Of a stretch of 64,000 nt of DNA, positions 60,486 to 64,000 are shown piece after piece. Position numbers and translations under genes: made by a program. Under the pieces are notes generated by a model that made no database searches, was not told the DNA's origin, and worked only from the letters and a program-made list of their open reading frames with translations. Positions within the stretch are counted from its first letter, which is position 1. Every line of letters begins with the position of its first letter. The stretch comes from Octopus sinensis (Eukaryota), in assembly GCF_006345805.1 (NCBI RefSeq), contig NC_043014.1, positions 16,058,001-16,122,000 of the forward strand, read 5' to 3'.

Positions 60486-61168
60486 CATACATACTTACAT
60501 ACTTACATAATACATACATACATACATACATACACACACACACATGTGCATGCACACATACACTTTAAGAAAAGTTAGTATGATTTGGATAAAAACTATT
60601 TATTTGGCACTATCGTCCTTTTTAGGCATTCATTATAATGAATCCCTTAAGGGAACATACACGCTAAATATCTAGTTTTTATGCAAAATTCTGACTACTT
60701 CCTTTTTCCTTAATATATAAAATCTGTACACCTCTTCAAACATTTGATGCATCCATCCATCCATCCATCTATCCATACATACATACATATATACATACAT
60801 ACACATATTATATATAAATATATATGTGTGTGTGTTCATGTGTGTTTGTGTGGTGGTGGTGGTGGTGGTGGCAAAATTTGGATGTATTTATGTGGGGGTA
60901 GTTTTGGGGGTAAGCTGGATGTGGCAATCGTTGCTACGAAAACAATATTTTATGATTCATAACATAGACGCAGGGCTAGGAGATTTTTGCGGAAAAGAGC
61001 AGTCGATTATATATTGATCGCAGTACTTGATCCTAAACTTCATTATATCGAACCCGGGAGGATAAAATGGCAAAGCTGACTTCAGCAGGGTTTGAACTTA
61101 GGACGTAAAGGGCCGTAACTAAGTCTTTCGTTTTGGTCCGACGCTCTCACGACATCCAGTTCACAAGA

Positions 61169-61228
<60 letters not shown>

Positions 61229-61409
61229 CATAAAACGACAAATTGTGTGATGATGGTGATGGTGGTAAGGATACATTAATCGATGACATCGATTGTCGGT
61301 GCTTCATTCGTTCTCTATTGATCTCGGCAGGACGAAAGGTAAAGTCGATTGTTTGTCGAGTGTCAGTGTAGAGTTCAGACACGCAATCTAAATAGGTGTT
61401 CGAACATCA

Positions 61410-61960
<551 letters not shown>

Positions 61961-62231
61961 CAGACGAGTTGTCAAGTGGTGTAAAAAGTTAAATATAAAT
62001 GCAACCCCCCCCCCCAAAAAAAAAACAACTTCAACACGAACATTAATACTTACCAAACAACATACATTATATGTGTGTGCGTGTGTTTGTGCACGTGCAT
62101 GTAACAAATATATACACACATGCACTCGCGCACACACAAACACAAACACGCACCTTTACACATACACACATACACTGTGTATGTTTTTGTCTATCCATGT
62201 ATATGCATGAACGATTGTATGCACGATTCCA

Positions 62232-62685
62232 TGTGTGTGTGTGTGTACGTACCTATGTATGGAAGTGTGCGCGCGCGTGAGAGTGTGTGTGTTTGTGTGT
62301 TTGTGTGTGTGTATGTGTGTGTGTGTGTACGTACCTATGTATGGAAGTGTGTGCGCGCGTGAGAGTGTGTGTGTTTGTGTGTTTGTGTGTGTGTATGTGT
62401 GTGTGTGTGTACGTACCTATGTATGGAAGTGTGTGCGCGCGTGAGAGTGTGTGTTTGTGTGTTTGTGTGTGTGTATGTGTGTGTGTGTACGTACCTATGT
62501 ATGGAAGTGTGCGCGCGCGCTGAGAGTGTGTGTGTTTGTGGTGTTTGTTGTGTGGGTAAATGTGTGTGTGTATGTACCTATGTATGGAAGTGTGTGCGCG
62601 CGTGAGAGTGTGTGTGTTTGTGTGTTTGTGTGTGTGTATGTGTGTGTGTGTACGTACCTATGTATGGAAGTGTGTGTGCGCGTGT
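62232..62685 (+). repeat. about 81-bp minisatellite, 6 units, built on (GT)n
   Basis: Anchor gtacgtacctatgtatggaag at about 62245, 62327, 62409, 62487, 62570 (one substitution) and 62650. Confidence 0.9.
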
Positions 62686-62862
62686 GTATAAGTCGACTTG
62701 GGCGGGATTTGAATTCAGAACACGTAAATAATAATAATAATATTGATAAATTGATATATGCTCACATGTGAAATGACACAACTTGCTATCGTACATATCG
62801 TTCGCTAAGTTACCACTCATATATATATATATATAAATATATATGTATGTATGTATGTATGT

Positions 62863-63120
62863 GAGCGAGTGGGAGAGTGGAGTGCTTAAGCAAGTGAGTT
62901 AAGACCAGCATAAACAAGCCACATTATATAAATATATATATATACAATGTGGCTTGTTTATGCTGGTCTTAACTCGTTTGCTCGTTCACTCCACTCTCCC
63001 ACTCACTCACTCACTCCTCTGCACACTGCTCCCTTTCCCCACTCACTCACTCACTCCTCTGCACACTGCTCCCTTTCCCCACTCACTCACTCACTCCTCT
63101 GCGCACTGCTCCCTTTCCCC
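62863..63120. repeat. about 63-bp-arm hairpin with a (TA)n loop, followed by 3 x 40-bp tandem repeats
   Basis: Arms 62863-62925 and 62946-63008; unit actcactcactcactcctctgcacactgctccctttcccc at 63001-63120. Confidence 0.85.
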
Positions 63121-63284
63121 ACTCACTCACTCACTCACTCGCTCACTTACCCATCTCGCTCTATTTCCTCGTGTTTATGTGTATCTTTGTAATTCTTCCC
63201 CTCTTTTGCACTTGTGTATCTTTCTACCCACCTTTCTTGTCTGCGTCAATATACGCCTGTGTTTCTCCCACTTCTGCCTCACCG

Positions 63285-63351
<67 letters not shown>

Positions 63352-64000
63352 TTTGTTTGTTTGTTTGTGTGTGTATGCTGTATGTGTAAGCTGTGTGTGT
63401 GTTTGCAAAACAACGTTACTCGAGTTTATCGTGACTTCAGGCAGATTTTTAGCACGCTGGACAAAATGATTAACGGCCTTTCGTACGTCTTTACGTTCTG
63501 GGTTCAAATTACTCCAAGGTCCACTTCGCTTTTCCTTCTTTCGGGGCCTATGACATATATAACAGCTGAGGACTGGGTCAATGTAATAGACTCGTTCCCA
63601 ACTTGAAAAAACTTTGGGGTTTACGTTCTGAGTAAAAAAATAAAATTGTTATTCGTTTCTTTTTTCCTAGTTTTCTTTTTCTATTTAATTATTATTATTT
63701 TTTTTTGCTGCGTGTTTTTTTTATGGTTTGTTAATATTAATCTTTATTTGTTTTTATCTTATAACGAGGGCCATATTAAGACCCATAGAAGCCCTAAGCA
63801 CTTAAAAGATTTTGATGTCCCCATAAAAATGTAATACAAAATATAGACAATAACAAACCATAAAATAAATTTTTATATACTCTTTTACTTGTTTCAGTCA
63901 TTTGACTGTGGCCATGCTGGAGCACCGCCTTTAGTCGAGCAAATCGACCCCAGTACTTATTCTTTATAAGCCTAGTACTTATTCTATCGGTCTCTTTTGC

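Noticed and set aside
62232-62685. CRISPR-like repeat-spacer array
   Set aside because: The intervening segments are near-identical GT microsatellite rather than unique spacers; the context is eukaryotic and there are no cas genes.

Overview
AT-rich, repeat-saturated eukaryotic DNA. The SINE and microsatellite landscape points to an octopus or other coleoid cephalopod genome (inference). There are no prokaryotic features and no CRISPR array. One host gene can be assembled by hand: a complete 7-coding-exon SLC16/monocarboxylate-transporter-family gene on the minus strand (ATG 43576 to stop 10212; 1866 nt, 621 aa; all six introns GT-AG and phase 1). The rest is mobile DNA: four tRNA-headed SINE families, LINE relics (Tx1/L1, CR1/L2, RTE, R4/NeSL-like and CRE-like), Penelope-like element (PLE) fragments, Tc1, mariner and DD37D (maT) relics, hAT-type MITEs, a Helentron/HINE-like element, foldbacks, and many micro- and minisatellites. 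Highlights: (1) the tail of the dominant SINE matches the last 42 nt of a Tx1-like LINE at 36/42 positions, and both sit inside microsatellites, suggesting a SINE-LINE partnership with microsatellite targeting; (2) a set of minimal type I hammerhead ribozyme folds in PLE terminal repeats, including one with an intact core, U3-A8 covariant cores in two families, and a 470-bp palindrome with a hammerhead in each arm; (3) a CRE-clade endonuclease relic. All alignments, translations and folds were done by eye. Many repeat boundaries are approximate, and 1-bp homopolymer differences may be sequencing errors.
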